Positions 1-9,855 of a stretch of 64,000 bases of DNA are shown in pieces. The position numbers were made by a program, and so were the translations under genes. How positions within the stretch are numbered: the stretch's first letter is position 1; the number at the start of each line of letters is the position of its first letter. The DNA is from a bacterium. Its GTDB lineage: Bacteria > UBA8248. The stretch is taken from contig CBDBBI010000010.1 of the NCBI GenBank assembly GCA_965202625.1, positions 1,856,001 to 1,920,000 of the forward strand, in the 5' to 3' direction. The notes under the pieces were generated by a model. It was not told the origin of the DNA. It searched no databases and saw only the letters and a program-made list of their open reading frames with translations.

Positions 1-11
1 CAGAAGGCGCT

Positions 12-1265
12 ATGAAGGCGGCCCAGGAAGTGGACGCCGCCATCACCCGGGGCGACGACCCCGGGCCCATGGCCGGCGCGCCGATAGGTCTGAAAGACCT
101 GATTGACGTCGCAGGTCTGCCGACCACGGCGGGAAGCGTCATCAAACAGGATCGCGTCGCGGAATGGGACGCGCCCCTAGCCCGAAAGATACGCCGGTCA
201 GGGGGCGTGATACTAGGCAAGCTGAATCTGCACGAATACGCCTTTGGCCCCACCGGTCACAATCCCCATTACGGGGATCAGAAAAACCCATGGGACGCCA
301 CTCGAATCACAGGCGGATCAAGCGGCGGCTCGGGCAACAGCGTGGCAACGCGACAGGTCGCCATAGCCATCGGCTCCGACACGGGCGGCTCCATCCGCAT
401 CCCCGCGTCCCTTTGCGGCGTCATCGGACATAAGCCCACCCACGGACTCGTCACGAAGGTGAATTGCGCGCCGTTGTCATGGTCGCTCGATTCTTTCGGA
501 CCGCTAGCGCGTTCTGCCCAAGACTGCGCGCTGATGATGTCCTCAATCGCGGGATACGATCCGGTCGACCCCTCGTCCATCACGAGCGATCCACCCGATT
601 TCACCGATGCGCTGAGCGCGCCCATCGAAAGTCTTCGGGTCGGCCACGCGCGGGAATACTACGAGGGGAGATCGGAACCCTCCGTGGCGGAGGCGGTGAA
701 CAAGTTGGCGGGGACGCTCCGAGAGGCAGGTGCCAAGGTCGTCGACGTCAAAATACCCGACGTCGAGAACGCGGTTCACGCCGCCTCCGTCGTGATGGTA
801 TCCGAAGCGGCGGCCACGCACGAGAAAAACGTGCGAGAAAAAGCACGGTATTTCGACCCGGGAGTTCTGGAGAGAATCCGAACGGGTTTTTTTATCTCCG
901 CCATCTCATACATTCAGGCACTCAGATTCAGGGAGCAATGGACGAAGCGCATCTGTAAGGAAGTGTTCGGCCAGGTGGACCTCGTTCTCTCCGCCACCAC
1001 GCCAATTCCCGCTGCCTTACGCTCTCAAGCGACCGGAGTCGTGCGCGGCCAAGAAGTTGAAATCAGAACACTCATGATCTCCTTGACGAGGCTTTGGAAT
1101 TTTCTCGGCGGACCATCCACGGCGTTTCCCGCGGGGATGAGCGAGGAGGGATTGCCTCTCGGAGCGCAAATCATGGGCGCGCCCTTTGACGATCACCGCA
1201 CGCTCGCGTTAGTCCATCAACTGGAGAAAGCGGGCATCGTGAAAGTGGAGGAACCACCCCTCTAA
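12..1265 (+). CDS. Amidase signature family protein (GatA-like); 5' end probably lies before the window
   Basis: GLKD, GKLNLHE, TGGSSGGS and GSDTGGSIRIPAS amidase motifs; frame is open upstream to the window edge. Confidence 0.9.
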   Translation: MKAAQEVDAAITRGDDPGPMAGAPIGLKDLIDVAGLPTTAGSVIKQDRVAEWDAPLARKIRRSGGVILGKLNLHEYAFGPTGHNPHYGDQKNPWDATRITGGSSGGSGNSVATRQVAIAIGSDTGGSIRIPASLCGVIGHKPTHGLVTKVNCAPLSWSLDSFGPLARSAQDCALMMSSIAGYDPVDPSSITSDPPDFTDALSAPIESLRVGHAREYYEGRSEPSVAEAVNKLAGTLREAGAKVVDVKIPDVENAVHAASVVMVSEAAATHEKNVREKARYFDPGVLERIRTGFFISAISYIQALRFREQWTKRICKEVFGQVDLVLSATTPIPAALRSQATGVVRGQEVEIRTLMISLTRLWNFLGGPSTAFPAGMSEEGLPLGAQIMGAPFDDHRTLALVHQLEKAGIVKVEEPPL

Positions 1266-1280
1266 CGCGCAAGAGCCGTC

Positions 1281-2537
1281 CTACTCTGGTCTGGCGCCAT
1301 TCGCCCCCATCGGAAATTTCTCGCAAAGCGCTCTGACATCCTCCCTCACCGACGCGATGCGCGACTCATTCGCGATGTCGGCCAGCACGTCGGCTATCCA
1401 TCCGCCCACGACTCTCATCTCAGCTTCTTTCATGTGACGAGACGTCAGCGCAGGCGTCCCGATGCGTATCCCGCTCGTGAACGCCGGTTTTCTGGTATCG
1501 AAGGGAATGGCGTTTTTGTTCACCGTGATTCCGGCCTGGCCCAGGGCGGTTTCCGCCTTCTTGCCGTTGAAGCCGGCCTCGCGCAGATCCAAGAGGAGCA
1601 GATGGTTGTCCGTCCCACCTGAAACCAGATGGATTCCCCGTCTCAGCAGCGCGTCCGCGAGGGCTTTTGCGTTTTTCACGATCTGTTCCGCATAGTCCTT
1701 GAACTCCGGGCCGCTCGCCTCCTTCAGCGCCACCGCCTTGGCCGCGATGACGTGCATCAGAGGCCCGCCCTGAAGTCCCGGAAAGATGGCCTTATTCATT
1801 AGCGCCGCATAGTCCTCGTCGCAAAGTATCATGCCGCCGCGAGGCCCCCTGAGCGTCTTGTGCGTCGTGGTGGTAATGATCTGCGCGTGGCCCGCAGGAC
1901 TGGGATGCGCGCCGCTCACGATGAGGCCCGCAACGTGGGCGATGTCCGCCATCACCACGGCGCCTACCTCGTTCGCGATCTCCCTGAACCGCGCGTAATC
2001 GATTGAGCGGGGATACGCACTCGCCCCCACGACCATCACCTTGGGCCGATGCGCTCTGGCCTGGCTCTCCACCTCGTCAAAATCGATCACGTGGTTCTCG
2101 GGATCCACACCGTAGGCCACCACATTGAACCAACGGCCCGAGAAAGTGACGGGATGCCCGTGAGTGAGGTGGCCCCCGTGAGAGAGATTCATCCCCAAAA
2201 GAGTGTCGCCGGGATCGAGTAAGCCATAATACACCGCAGCGTTCGCCTGGGCGCCGCTGTGCGGCTGCACACAAGCGTGATCCACACCGAAAAGGGACTT
2301 CGCCCGCTCAATGGCAAGGGACTCAACCACATCCACAAACTGACAGCCGCCGTAATACCGCTTTCCCGGAAACCCCTCGGCATACTTGTTCGTCATCACG
2401 CCGCCAGTCGCCTCCATCACCGCCTGGCTCACATAGTTCTCTGAAGCGATGAGTTCAAGCTCCTCCGCCTGACGCTTCTTCTCATTCTCCATGCCGACGA
2501 AAACGTCCGGGTCGCTCAGCGCAAGTGCCGATGACAT
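1281..2537 (-). CDS. glyA: Serine hydroxymethyltransferase
   Basis: [22 protein letters not shown] and [13 protein letters not shown] (PLP lysine); start placed at MSSALALSD after GGAGG. Confidence 0.97.
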   Translation of the reverse strand: MSSALALSDPDVFVGMENEKKRQAEELELIASENYVSQAVMEATGGVMTNKYAEGFPGKRYYGGCQFVDVVESLAIERAKSLFGVDHACVQPHSGAQANAAVYYGLLDPGDTLLGMNLSHGGHLTHGHPVTFSGRWFNVVAYGVDPENHVIDFDEVESQARAHRPKVMVVGASAYPRSIDYARFREIANEVGAVVMADIAHVAGLIVSGAHPSPAGHAQIITTTTHKTLRGPRGGMILCDEDYAALMNKAIFPGLQGGPLMHVIAAKAVALKEASGPEFKDYAEQIVKNAKALADALLRRGIHLVSGGTDNHLLLLDLREAGFNGKKAETALGQAGITVNKNAIPFDTRKPAFTSGIRIGTPALTSRHMKEAEMRVVGGWIADVLADIANESRIASVREDVRALCEKFPMGANGARPE

Positions 2538-2747
2538 GAAGGCGCCCTCCAGATTGCTGCGGGAAAAGCGGGAAGCTCGTGGAGACCTCAAGACCACCAG
2601 AAGCTAACAAACGGATTTGGGAGCGTCAATCCCCGAGAGGGTGAAAACCCAGGGCGCGGCGCCCATTGCGAGGCGCGAACGCCTTGCGCGATTTTAAGGT
2701 ATAATGACGTTTAGAAATTGGGATCAAAGAGGAATTCATCATGCTGG

Positions 2748-3206
2748 ATGAAACCGACGATCTGCTCACCATCACTCCGGAAGGGGATTCCCTTGACCTC
2801 TCTTCCACTCGAGCCGGCGGCACTCGACTCAGCAGATCGGCTACGCGATGAAATTCTCTCGGGCGTGGGGAATCGCGACGCCTCCATGAACCAACTCAAG
2901 GATTTGGTGGCACGCCATGCCGACACCCTGCCCGGCTGGGCGGCGATGGGAGAAATCGCGCGCGCCGGCGGGGAGACCCTTAACGTATACGCCTACTTCA
3001 GGGTTGCCTATCACAGAGGACTCGACAAGGCGCGCGCCTCGGACTGGCGCGGCGACGGACATATCCCTTGGGAAATCCCCGCCAATTGGCCCTTTCTGCG
3101 CGCCATTCATGGTCTGGCCCAATGCGCCGACGCCCTCGGGGAATCCACCGAGGCGAAGCGCTGCGGCGATTTTTGGGGAACTCTCGCTCCGAGCCATCCG
3201 TTCTGA
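2748..3206 (+). CDS. DUF3151-like protein
   Basis: YAYFRVAYHRGLD..WRG.G.IPW...N..FLRAI..LA..A..LGE..EA.RC matches the DUF3151 pattern; TATAAT at 2700-2705 upstream; start uncertain. Confidence 0.7.
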   Translation: MKPTICSPSLRKGIPLTSLPLEPAALDSADRLRDEILSGVGNRDASMNQLKDLVARHADTLPGWAAMGEIARAGGETLNVYAYFRVAYHRGLDKARASDWRGDGHIPWEIPANWPFLRAIHGLAQCADALGESTEAKRCGDFWGTLAPSHPF

Positions 3207-3317
3207 GCACGACGCCTCTTCTCAATCGAGCGGGCAAAAAAATAAAAAGAAAGAGGAAAGAGAGATTGATGAGACACTTGGAGCCAGATGCCAAACACAC
3301 CGGGATAAAAAGTGCGA

Positions 3318-3644
3318 TCATCCCCCCATGTATTGCCCCATGAGGAGGACGTGATCATCCTCTTTCATCTCGGAATCGAGTGTATGGTGAATGCCCAGGA
3401 GCGCGTCGTTGACGGCGATCTCCAGGTGCTCGGCGAGCGTACCTGAGTCGTCATACCAAAGCGCCTCATCCAAGGTCCGATAACGCGCGCTCATCTTTCT
3501 TAGAACATCTCGAAGGGTAGCACCTTGGGGAACCCGCTCGTCGAAGAGTTTGCGCTCGTTCCCGTCTCCGCCCACGAACGTTGACGCCCAAGAGATAAAT
3601 TCCAGTCGAACGCGAATGCCGTCTGCGCCGCTCGTCTCGCCCAT
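3318..3644 (-). CDS. MoaD/ThiS family sulfur carrier
   Basis: About 108 aa, ubiquitin-like, C-terminal GG; follows the AOR gene. Confidence 0.85.
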   Translation of the reverse strand: MGETSGADGIRVRLEFISWASTFVGGDGNERKLFDERVPQGATLRDVLRKMSARYRTLDEALWYDDSGTLAEHLEIAVNDALLGIHHTLDSEMKEDDHVLLMGQYMGG

Positions 3645-3670
3645 GGACCGCATCCTCCGCAACGATTGCG

Positions 3671-5548
3671 CTAATCGCTCGCCGCGGCGCCCCATAGGGC
3701 CTCGGCGACGTCCTCAAGGCCGAGCGCGCGCAAAAGCTCGACTCTGGGACGACCGGTGTCCCTGTCGTAACCTACCGTCTCGTACCAAATGTCGAGCATT
3801 CTCTGCCACTCATCCATGATTGAGACGCCCGCGACCGGCCCATCCACCGGAGTAGAACCGTAGCGCTTGGAGGGCTTCTCGAGCTCGGGGCCGATGCCGC
3901 AGCGCAAGTTGAACGCGCGCATCAAGGCGTTGATGCGGCGGCCGGTCTGTATTGCCTCATCCTTGTCGAGGTCCCATCCGGTGGCCGCCTGAACCGAGCG
4001 GCACAAAATATCCATCGGCGCCCACATGGTGAACACGCACGCCCCCAGAGAATCCTCAAACGCGCGGCGTCCCCTCAGACCGCCTACTTGCTTTGGCACA
4101 GCTTGCGGATCTTGGGGCTCCACGCGCGCGGGCAAGCCATAGTCCGTCGGAAACACCGGAGGGGCGGTATCCAGCGTTCCGCCGGAACCCGTGCAGGTGT
4201 CGATCATCTCCTGCCAGCGGGAGCGGTGGTCGTGCCCTCTCGGGGTATTGCCAATCTCGGTATAAATGGCGCAATTCCGCGCGTCTGCGCCGAGTTTCTC
4301 CGCCGCGCGCTTGGTGCCTTCGGCCAGGAGGTCGCCCATGCCCTCGCGCTTGCAAATCATATCGAGCAGCCTGTTCGCTCCATCAACGTCACCCCATTCC
4401 AGGTGGAAGCCCAGGTCCGCGTCCGTAATATAGCCTTTCTGCTGGCACTCCATCACCCAGCCGCAGAGCCAGCCAAACTCGTTCACATCCACGCAGGCGC
4501 GGTCGAGCTGGGTGTTCATCCAGGAGACCTTCTGGGGGTCGGTGGCACCAATCGTCCAGCCCGCCCCCGACCAACCCTCGTACTCGGGCTCGTCCACCAC
4601 CTGTCCCTTGTAGGGACCAGAGGAGATGACGTGCATGTGGCAATGGTGCATTCCGCATGCGCTGCATTGATGGCCCCGATGATCGAACCCCTCGCGCAGG
4701 CCGTTGGCTTCCCACTGCCCGGTTTCGACTTCCCCTGGCCACACGTTCGTCGTGTAGTTGCGAATCGGAAGCGCGCCCATGCCTTGTAAGTTTCGCACCC
4801 CGCCCAGGGTCCCGTACATGTACAGTCCCTTGGTGGAGGGGTCAGTCTGAAGGCTATGGGCGATGTCGTCTGCCGCCGTGAAGAGCGCTCTGGGATGGGC
4901 GGCGGCGACTCCTTTCTTTCCGCGCTCAATCACCACGGCTTTCACCTTTTTCTTGCCCATGACAGCCCCACAGCCATTCTTGCTGGCCACATGGCCATAA
5001 TCACCCTGTATGGCGGCGAAGCGCACAAGGCTCTCACCAGCGGGCCCAATGCTGTAGACGCTCAGATTGTGGCCGCTCAGCCCCAAGGTTTCCTCGAGTG
5101 CCTGCTGCGTCTCCCAGGTGTCCTTGCCCAACAGCTCGCCGGCATCGCAAAGCGTCACACCCCCATCGTAAACATGGAGGTACGCCCAATCGGGCGATTC
5201 CCCCTGAAATACGATGGCGTCGTAGCCGCAATACTTGAGATTCGCGCCAAAAAAGCCGTTCGCCTGTGTGTTGGTGGCCCCGTTCGTGAGTGCGCCCCGC
5301 GTCACCACGGTAAGCCCGCCAGTTCCCCAAACCGGCAACCCCGCCAGGGGTCCTGTTGCCAAGACGAGCCGGTTTTCGGGATGATCCCAGCCCACCTCGG
5401 ACGGCACCTCATCCCACAGAATCTTGGCACCTAAGCCTGCTCCGCCCACCCACTTTCTGCGGTCGGCCGCTTCAAACCTCTCTCCCCAAGTCTCTCCATT
5501 CGAGAGATCGACACGGAGGATTTCTCCTGCGTATGCGTAATCAGTCAA
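3671..5548 (-). CDS. Aldehyde ferredoxin oxidoreductase family (W/Mo-bis-pterin) catalytic subunit
   Basis: ILRVDLS, IGPAGE..VRFAAI, G.GAVMG.K.VKA, C..C...C and EPEYE motifs. Confidence 0.92.
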   Translation of the reverse strand: MTDYAYAGEILRVDLSNGETWGERFEAADRRKWVGGAGLGAKILWDEVPSEVGWDHPENRLVLATGPLAGLPVWGTGGLTVVTRGALTNGATNTQANGFFGANLKYCGYDAIVFQGESPDWAYLHVYDGGVTLCDAGELLGKDTWETQQALEETLGLSGHNLSVYSIGPAGESLVRFAAIQGDYGHVASKNGCGAVMGKKKVKAVVIERGKKGVAAAHPRALFTAADDIAHSLQTDPSTKGLYMYGTLGGVRNLQGMGALPIRNYTTNVWPGEVETGQWEANGLREGFDHRGHQCSACGMHHCHMHVISSGPYKGQVVDEPEYEGWSGAGWTIGATDPQKVSWMNTQLDRACVDVNEFGWLCGWVMECQQKGYITDADLGFHLEWGDVDGANRLLDMICKREGMGDLLAEGTKRAAEKLGADARNCAIYTEIGNTPRGHDHRSRWQEMIDTCTGSGGTLDTAPPVFPTDYGLPARVEPQDPQAVPKQVGGLRGRRAFEDSLGACVFTMWAPMDILCRSVQAATGWDLDKDEAIQTGRRINALMRAFNLRCGIGPELEKPSKRYGSTPVDGPVAGVSIMDEWQRMLDIWYETVGYDRDTGRPRVELLRALGLEDVAEALWGAAASD

Positions 5549-5566
5549 GGCATCGACCCCCTTTAT

Positions 5567-6889
5567 TTATGAAGAGACGGCGATTTCGCCCGCCGGCGTC
5601 GATGGACGCCCGAGAATGGTTTCCGGCAACAGGCCGCCCGCCGCGCCAGAGGCTAGAAACGCGCGTTTGACGTCAAATGGATTCTTGCGCAGATGCGCCT
5701 TCCACGCAGAGATATCCGCTCCCGTATAGACGAGGCCCTTGAGCATCCCCACATCGTTCGTCGTCCAGATATCTCGAGTTTTTCCTAGAATGATCGCGCC
5801 GGTCATCCTCCCGCCACGGCACAGGAGTTTCCTGTAAGCGGGGCGATCCGCCTGCACGACCTCATAAACCTCGGCGCCTGCGTCGTCCCACTCCCCGAAG
5901 CTGGCTACCTCCAGATCGAGGACGTCCACGATGTTCATGAGTAGGCTGCCCTTGTATGCGGTATCCTCTCCCGCCATGTTCGCCGCCGCCACGCGGCCAT
6001 GCTGCATGGCGGTGGGCTCAATGGCGTGCACGACTCTCTCGCCCGTCACGGCGTCAGGCCCTTGCGCGACGTCCCCCGCCGCGTAGATGTTCTCCACGCT
6101 CGTTCGACAACGATCGTCCACCAGAATTCCCCGCTCGATCTCAAGGCCGGCGCCCGCCACCCAGTCAATGTTGGGCTTGATGCCCGTGGCCATGATAACC
6201 ATGTCGACTTCCAGATTGGGGCCATTCCTGAATGTGATGAGTTTGGCTCCCCCCGCGTCCGCAATGGACACCACCTCGGTAGAGGTGCGCACCTCCACTC
6301 CACGCGTGCTTAGCCAGTTTTCGACGATTCCCGCGCCCGCGGTGTCTATCATGCGCGGCAAGACGTGCGATTCTAGCTCCACCACAGTCAGCCGCACCCC
6401 CTGATTCACGAGGGCGTTTAAAATCGTGAAGGCGATGAAGCCCGCGCCGATCATCGCCACGCGGGCACCCTCGCCCACACCGGACACCACGGCGCGCGCC
6501 TGTGGCAACGTCCAGAAGCTGTGCACGTTCCTCCCGTCCGCACCCGGCACAGGCGCCTTCACAGGGGAGGAACCCGTGGCGATCAAGAGGTTGTCGTATG
6601 CAATCTCATCGCCTCTCTCTAAAATTAACCTGTTGGCGGACACGTCGATTCTCTCGGCGCGCGCGCCGAGCCTCGCCTCTACGTTCAGCGACGCGAGCCT
6701 AGAGGGCGTCGCGATGTAAAGGTGGGACTCTGCAATATCCCGCGCCAAGTAATAGGGCAGCACCATCCGCGAATAAGGCGCCTCGTCCGCTATCAAGACG
6801 ATACGGGAATCGCCCCCGTCCAACTCCCTGAGGGTGGCGATGGCGTTCCAGCCGGCCGTCCCGCCGCCTACGATGACGTGTTTGGCCAT
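5567..6889 (-). CDS. FAD/NAD(P)-dependent pyridine nucleotide-disulfide oxidoreductase (AorC-like)
   Basis: IVGGGTAG, LLIATGS, IGAGFIA and IYAAGDVA; start at MAKHVIVGGG. Confidence 0.88.
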   Translation of the reverse strand: MAKHVIVGGGTAGWNAIATLRELDGGDSRIVLIADEAPYSRMVLPYYLARDIAESHLYIATPSRLASLNVEARLGARAERIDVSANRLILERGDEIAYDNLLIATGSSPVKAPVPGADGRNVHSFWTLPQARAVVSGVGEGARVAMIGAGFIAFTILNALVNQGVRLTVVELESHVLPRMIDTAGAGIVENWLSTRGVEVRTSTEVVSIADAGGAKLITFRNGPNLEVDMVIMATGIKPNIDWVAGAGLEIERGILVDDRCRTSVENIYAAGDVAQGPDAVTGERVVHAIEPTAMQHGRVAAANMAGEDTAYKGSLLMNIVDVLDLEVASFGEWDDAGAEVYEVVQADRPAYRKLLCRGGRMTGAIILGKTRDIWTTNDVGMLKGLVYTGADISAWKAHLRKNPFDVKRAFLASGAAGGLLPETILGRPSTPAGEIAVSS

Positions 6890-6891
6890 GA

Positions 6892-7371
6892 TCAGATCAC
6901 CTCCGCAAGCGGCCCGGCGGGCGATTTCGCCCGCTCTGCGGCGAAGGGTCCCACCCAGTCGGCCAGCGCGGCCTCCTCGTAGAGGATGGCGTGCGTGGGA
7001 CATACAGACACGCATGCGGGATTCCCCCCGCACAAGTCGCACTTGAACGCCTTGTGGGTGTCGATGTTATAGAACATCGTGCCATAGGGACACGCGATAG
7101 TGCAGAGCTTGCAGCCCACGCAAACGTCGTTCGCCACCTCCTTCGCTCCGGCCGGTGAGATGCCGATCGCCTCGACGGGACACGCCGTCAGGCACCACGC
7201 CTCGTCACACTGCGGACACGTGTAGGGTGCGTAGCTCGTGTGGCCCTCGAACGAGGACACACGAATCACCGCTTTGGAGGGCTGAAACGTCCCCGTCTGC
7301 TCGTAGGAACACGCGAGCTCGCACCGCATGCAGCCGGTGCACTTCTCAGGAATGATCTTGAGTATTTTCAT
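6892..7371 (-). CDS. 4Fe-4S dicluster protein (AorA-like electron transfer subunit)
   Basis: CTGCMRCELAC, CPQC...CLTACP, CVGCKLCTIACP and KCDLC...CVSVCP. Confidence 0.92.
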   Translation of the reverse strand: MKILKIIPEKCTGCMRCELACSYEQTGTFQPSKAVIRVSSFEGHTSYAPYTCPQCDEAWCLTACPVEAIGISPAGAKEVANDVCVGCKLCTIACPYGTMFYNIDTHKAFKCDLCGGNPACVSVCPTHAILYEEAALADWVGPFAAERAKSPAGPLAEVI

Positions 7372-7494
7372 CGCCCCCCCAAGAGCCTGAATGCGAAAAG
7401 CGCATCATTGAAAAGTGAAGATGACGTCATTTTCTCAGAGATGGGCGATTCAGGTCAAACGAAAACTCCAGGTTCATGGGCAGGCGCGGGCGTC

Positions 7495-8440
7495 AATCGC
7501 CAGAGGTCACCAGGGCGGCCCCCGCCACGACGATGAGCGTGGCCGCCACCAGACGCTTCGTGATAACTTCCACATCGCGCAGCAACACCGGCCGACAACA
7601 AGACGATGAAGATCGAGGTCATACGAATCAGGGGACTGATCACGGCAGTTGCCCATCACGCAGCGAGGCCCAGAACAGCACGGCGGCCGAGAGAGCCAGC
7701 AGGCCTGCCGGAACGCACGCCAAGGCGACTCTCAAGATCGGCTGAAACCGTTGCAACTTTGAGGCGAAGCGCGATGAAGCCAGCAGACCCGCATTGGCGA
7801 TCAACATGGCGAGCAGAATGCCCGACCAAGGAGCGTTCATGGCAGCCAGCCCAGCTTTTCGAAGATAGAGCGTGAAGCAAAACGCGACTAAGGAGATGAG
7901 GGCGAACATGTAGTGCATAAGAGAATGCCCGCCCCTTCCCCTCTCGCCGGCGAGCTAGAACAGTCCTATGACGATCAGGGCGATTCCCACCCAGACGCCC
8001 GGAAGTTCGTTCAGAACCATCACGCCCATCACCGCCGCCCCGATGGGAGAGGCCGCCACAAGGCGTTTGTCCTGCTCATCCCGAGGTCCGCGCTCGAACG
8101 CAAGGCACTACAGCACACCATGAAGTTCCCGACCACGCCGGTCAAGGCTTAGAAAACGAGGGCGACACCTCAATCTCCCTCGTAGCTGTCAGAGAAAAGC
8201 GAATAAAAGGCGGCCAGAACCGCCATCCATCCATTGACCCAAAAGGTGATCGTCAACGCCAAGGCGCACTCTAGCAGCTTGCGAATGAGAATTTGATTAT
8301 CCGCGAATAAAAAAGCGCCCATCAGCACGTGAAACTGCCGGCGACGCGTCCACGATGAAATTCACCACCTCAACGCTCCGCCGTCATAGAAAAACAGAGG
8401 GAAGACGACAGAATCATCACCAAAACAAAACGGGCTGACT
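7495..8440 (-). pseudogene. Decayed EamA/DMT transporter
   Basis: Hydrophobic fragments in shifting frames (LTITFWVNGWMAVLA; GMSRTNAL; ISPLIRMTSIFIVLLS; VLLRDVEVITKRLVAATLIVVAGAALVTSGD*) with stops and frameshifts; 5' limit approximate. Confidence 0.7.
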
Positions 8441-8510
8441 GGTTCAAAGAATACTGCTCTTCCTCTCGTTTGGTCGCTGAGTGAAAAAGCCGCGCCCCTC
8501 TTGGGGGGGG

Positions 8511-8604
8511 CTACCCGCCCAAGATGACCGTCAAAGCGCGCGCCACGGCGAGCACCCCGGACGAGCACGCGCAAATTGACACGATCCAGATTCTGATAAA
8601 AAAT
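8511..8604 (-). pseudogene. C-terminal fragment of the EamA gene split by the IS1595 element
   Basis: Reads IFYQNLDRVNLRVLV..GVLAVARALTVILGG*, continuing the EamA N-terminal part across the TSD. Confidence 0.75.
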
Positions 8605-8627
8605 GGGAATTATATACTATAGTGCCC
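8605..8627 (+). repeat. Terminal inverted repeat, cargo end
   Basis: 20/23 match to the reverse complement of 11992-12014; preceded by the TSD. Confidence 0.9.
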
Positions 8628-8683
8628 TGAAATAACCCCTAAGAATTAGTAAATTCAACAAATCTATTTATATTCATTTCTGC

Positions 8684-8713
8684 TTGACAAATCCAATAAG
8701 CATCCCGCATTAT
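8684..8713 (+). promoter_or_regulatory. Putative sigma70 promoter for the cargo operon
   Basis: TTGACA at 8684-8689 and CATTAT 18 bp downstream. Confidence 0.5.
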
Positions 8714-8723
8714 CACTCCCAGA

Positions 8724-8881
8724 TACCATCATAGAGAGCCCGTCTGTAAAGTCGGGTCGCTCGCTGAATACAATAGCCTTCGCACCCGATTCGGGGTAGC
8801 TCCCCGGACCAAGGTAAATAGGTGAGACCTCACTTTCTCTCTGTGATGGTAGCCAAGACCCGGCCTCGTCGAGATGCCGGG
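8724..8881 (+). ncRNA. Candidate structured RNA or leader, family unassigned
   Basis: 15-bp closing stem 8724-8738/8837-8851 (one G-U pair) enclosing short hairpins, then hairpin 8859-8881. Confidence 0.45.
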
Positions 8882-8913
8882 AATAATGGTTATTTATTTC
8901 ACAGGAGAAAGTC

Positions 8914-9414
8914 ATGGCTTACGCGAAAATTGTCTTTGAAAATCCCAAGAATATGCCTCCCAAGAATATGTCTGGAATCAAAAAATATTTGTCTGGCCAA
9001 CACTATACGCGAAAAGCACCGGTTGGTTTTTCGTGGACAACACTCATGTTTTCATGGTTTGTGCCACTTCAGAGGCATAACTTCAAGTGGCTAGCAATCA
9101 TGTTTTTGTGTGGGTTTCCCGTTTCGATTGCAATATCTGCAAATATAACGGAATTTTCCACATATCCCCGATACATTGCATTCTTTATGATTTTTTTCAG
9201 TGTGATTTGCCGTCTTGTATTTCCTTTCATTTACAACAAAATCCATATCCAGGAATTGATCAAAAAGGGGTTTCGGGCAAAATCACTGCATATTTCATCT
9301 GCGTTGTTGTCTCCTAAAATAGATTCTTTGGATTCTCTTTCCACAAAATGGAATATGACAATTCCGCGCCTCGAAACCGAAAATACTGGAGAAGAATTTC
9401 CAGAAAAGGACTAA
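8914..9414 (+). CDS. Membrane protein, DUF2628-like (transposon cargo)
   Basis: KAPVGFSWTT..F..F.PL.R...KW, transmembrane segments, F.YNK..I..L..KGF; AGGAG RBS. Confidence 0.7.
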   Translation: MAYAKIVFENPKNMPPKNMSGIKKYLSGQHYTRKAPVGFSWTTLMFSWFVPLQRHNFKWLAIMFLCGFPVSIAISANITEFSTYPRYIAFFMIFFSVICRLVFPFIYNKIHIQELIKKGFRAKSLHISSALLSPKIDSLDSLSTKWNMTIPRLETENTGEEFPEKD

Positions 9415-9417
9415 AAT

Positions 9418-9855
9418 GTGGAAGATCGCTCCAAGGAATTGATAGCTCTCAAAGCCAAGCTTAGCGACCGGGAATTTCATGTTCTGCAAAGCGAAATTGC
9501 TCGGCGGAAAAAATCCGTAAGTCTCACTTATGTTTTATGGTTTTTTCTTAGTGGTCTTGGCATCCACAAGTTTTACCTGGGCAAGATTTGGCAGGGGGTG
9601 CTTTATATAATTGCGCCAGCCATTGCCATCATATTTTTAGCCACGGGGTTTTTTATGAGTTTTGATCCATATGCAATAACCTCGTCCGAAGAATTGACGG
9701 AGGGCGAATTTATGATTGCGATAGGTTTTATGGGATTGATAGCCTATGGAATCTGTTGGTTCATAGACTTGTTCACCATTCAGAGTCAGGTGAACAGGTG
9801 CAATGAGGACATCGAAATTGAAACTGTTAAATCTCTTCTGGGAGCATCAAGATGA
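9418..9855 (+). CDS. TM2 domain membrane protein (cargo)
   Basis: KKS...Y.LWFFL.GLG.HKFYLGK...G and W.IDLF.I...V...N. Confidence 0.85.
   Translation: MEDRSKELIALKAKLSDREFHVLQSEIARRKKSVSLTYVLWFFLSGLGIHKFYLGKIWQGVLYIIAPAIAIIFLATGFFMSFDPYAITSSEELTEGEFMIAIGFMGLIAYGICWFIDLFTIQSQVNRCNEDIEIETVKSLLGASR

Noticed and set aside
2538-2700. ZMP/ZTP riboswitch upstream of glyA
   Set aside because: Only a loose GCCGCGCCCTGGG resemblance; the conserved GACUGGCG...GGGAG core is not present
8739-8810. tRNA-Tyr (CTGTAAA loop) or retron msr-msd
   Set aside because: No acceptor stem, D-arm or TTCG T-arm in register; no reverse transcriptase in the window
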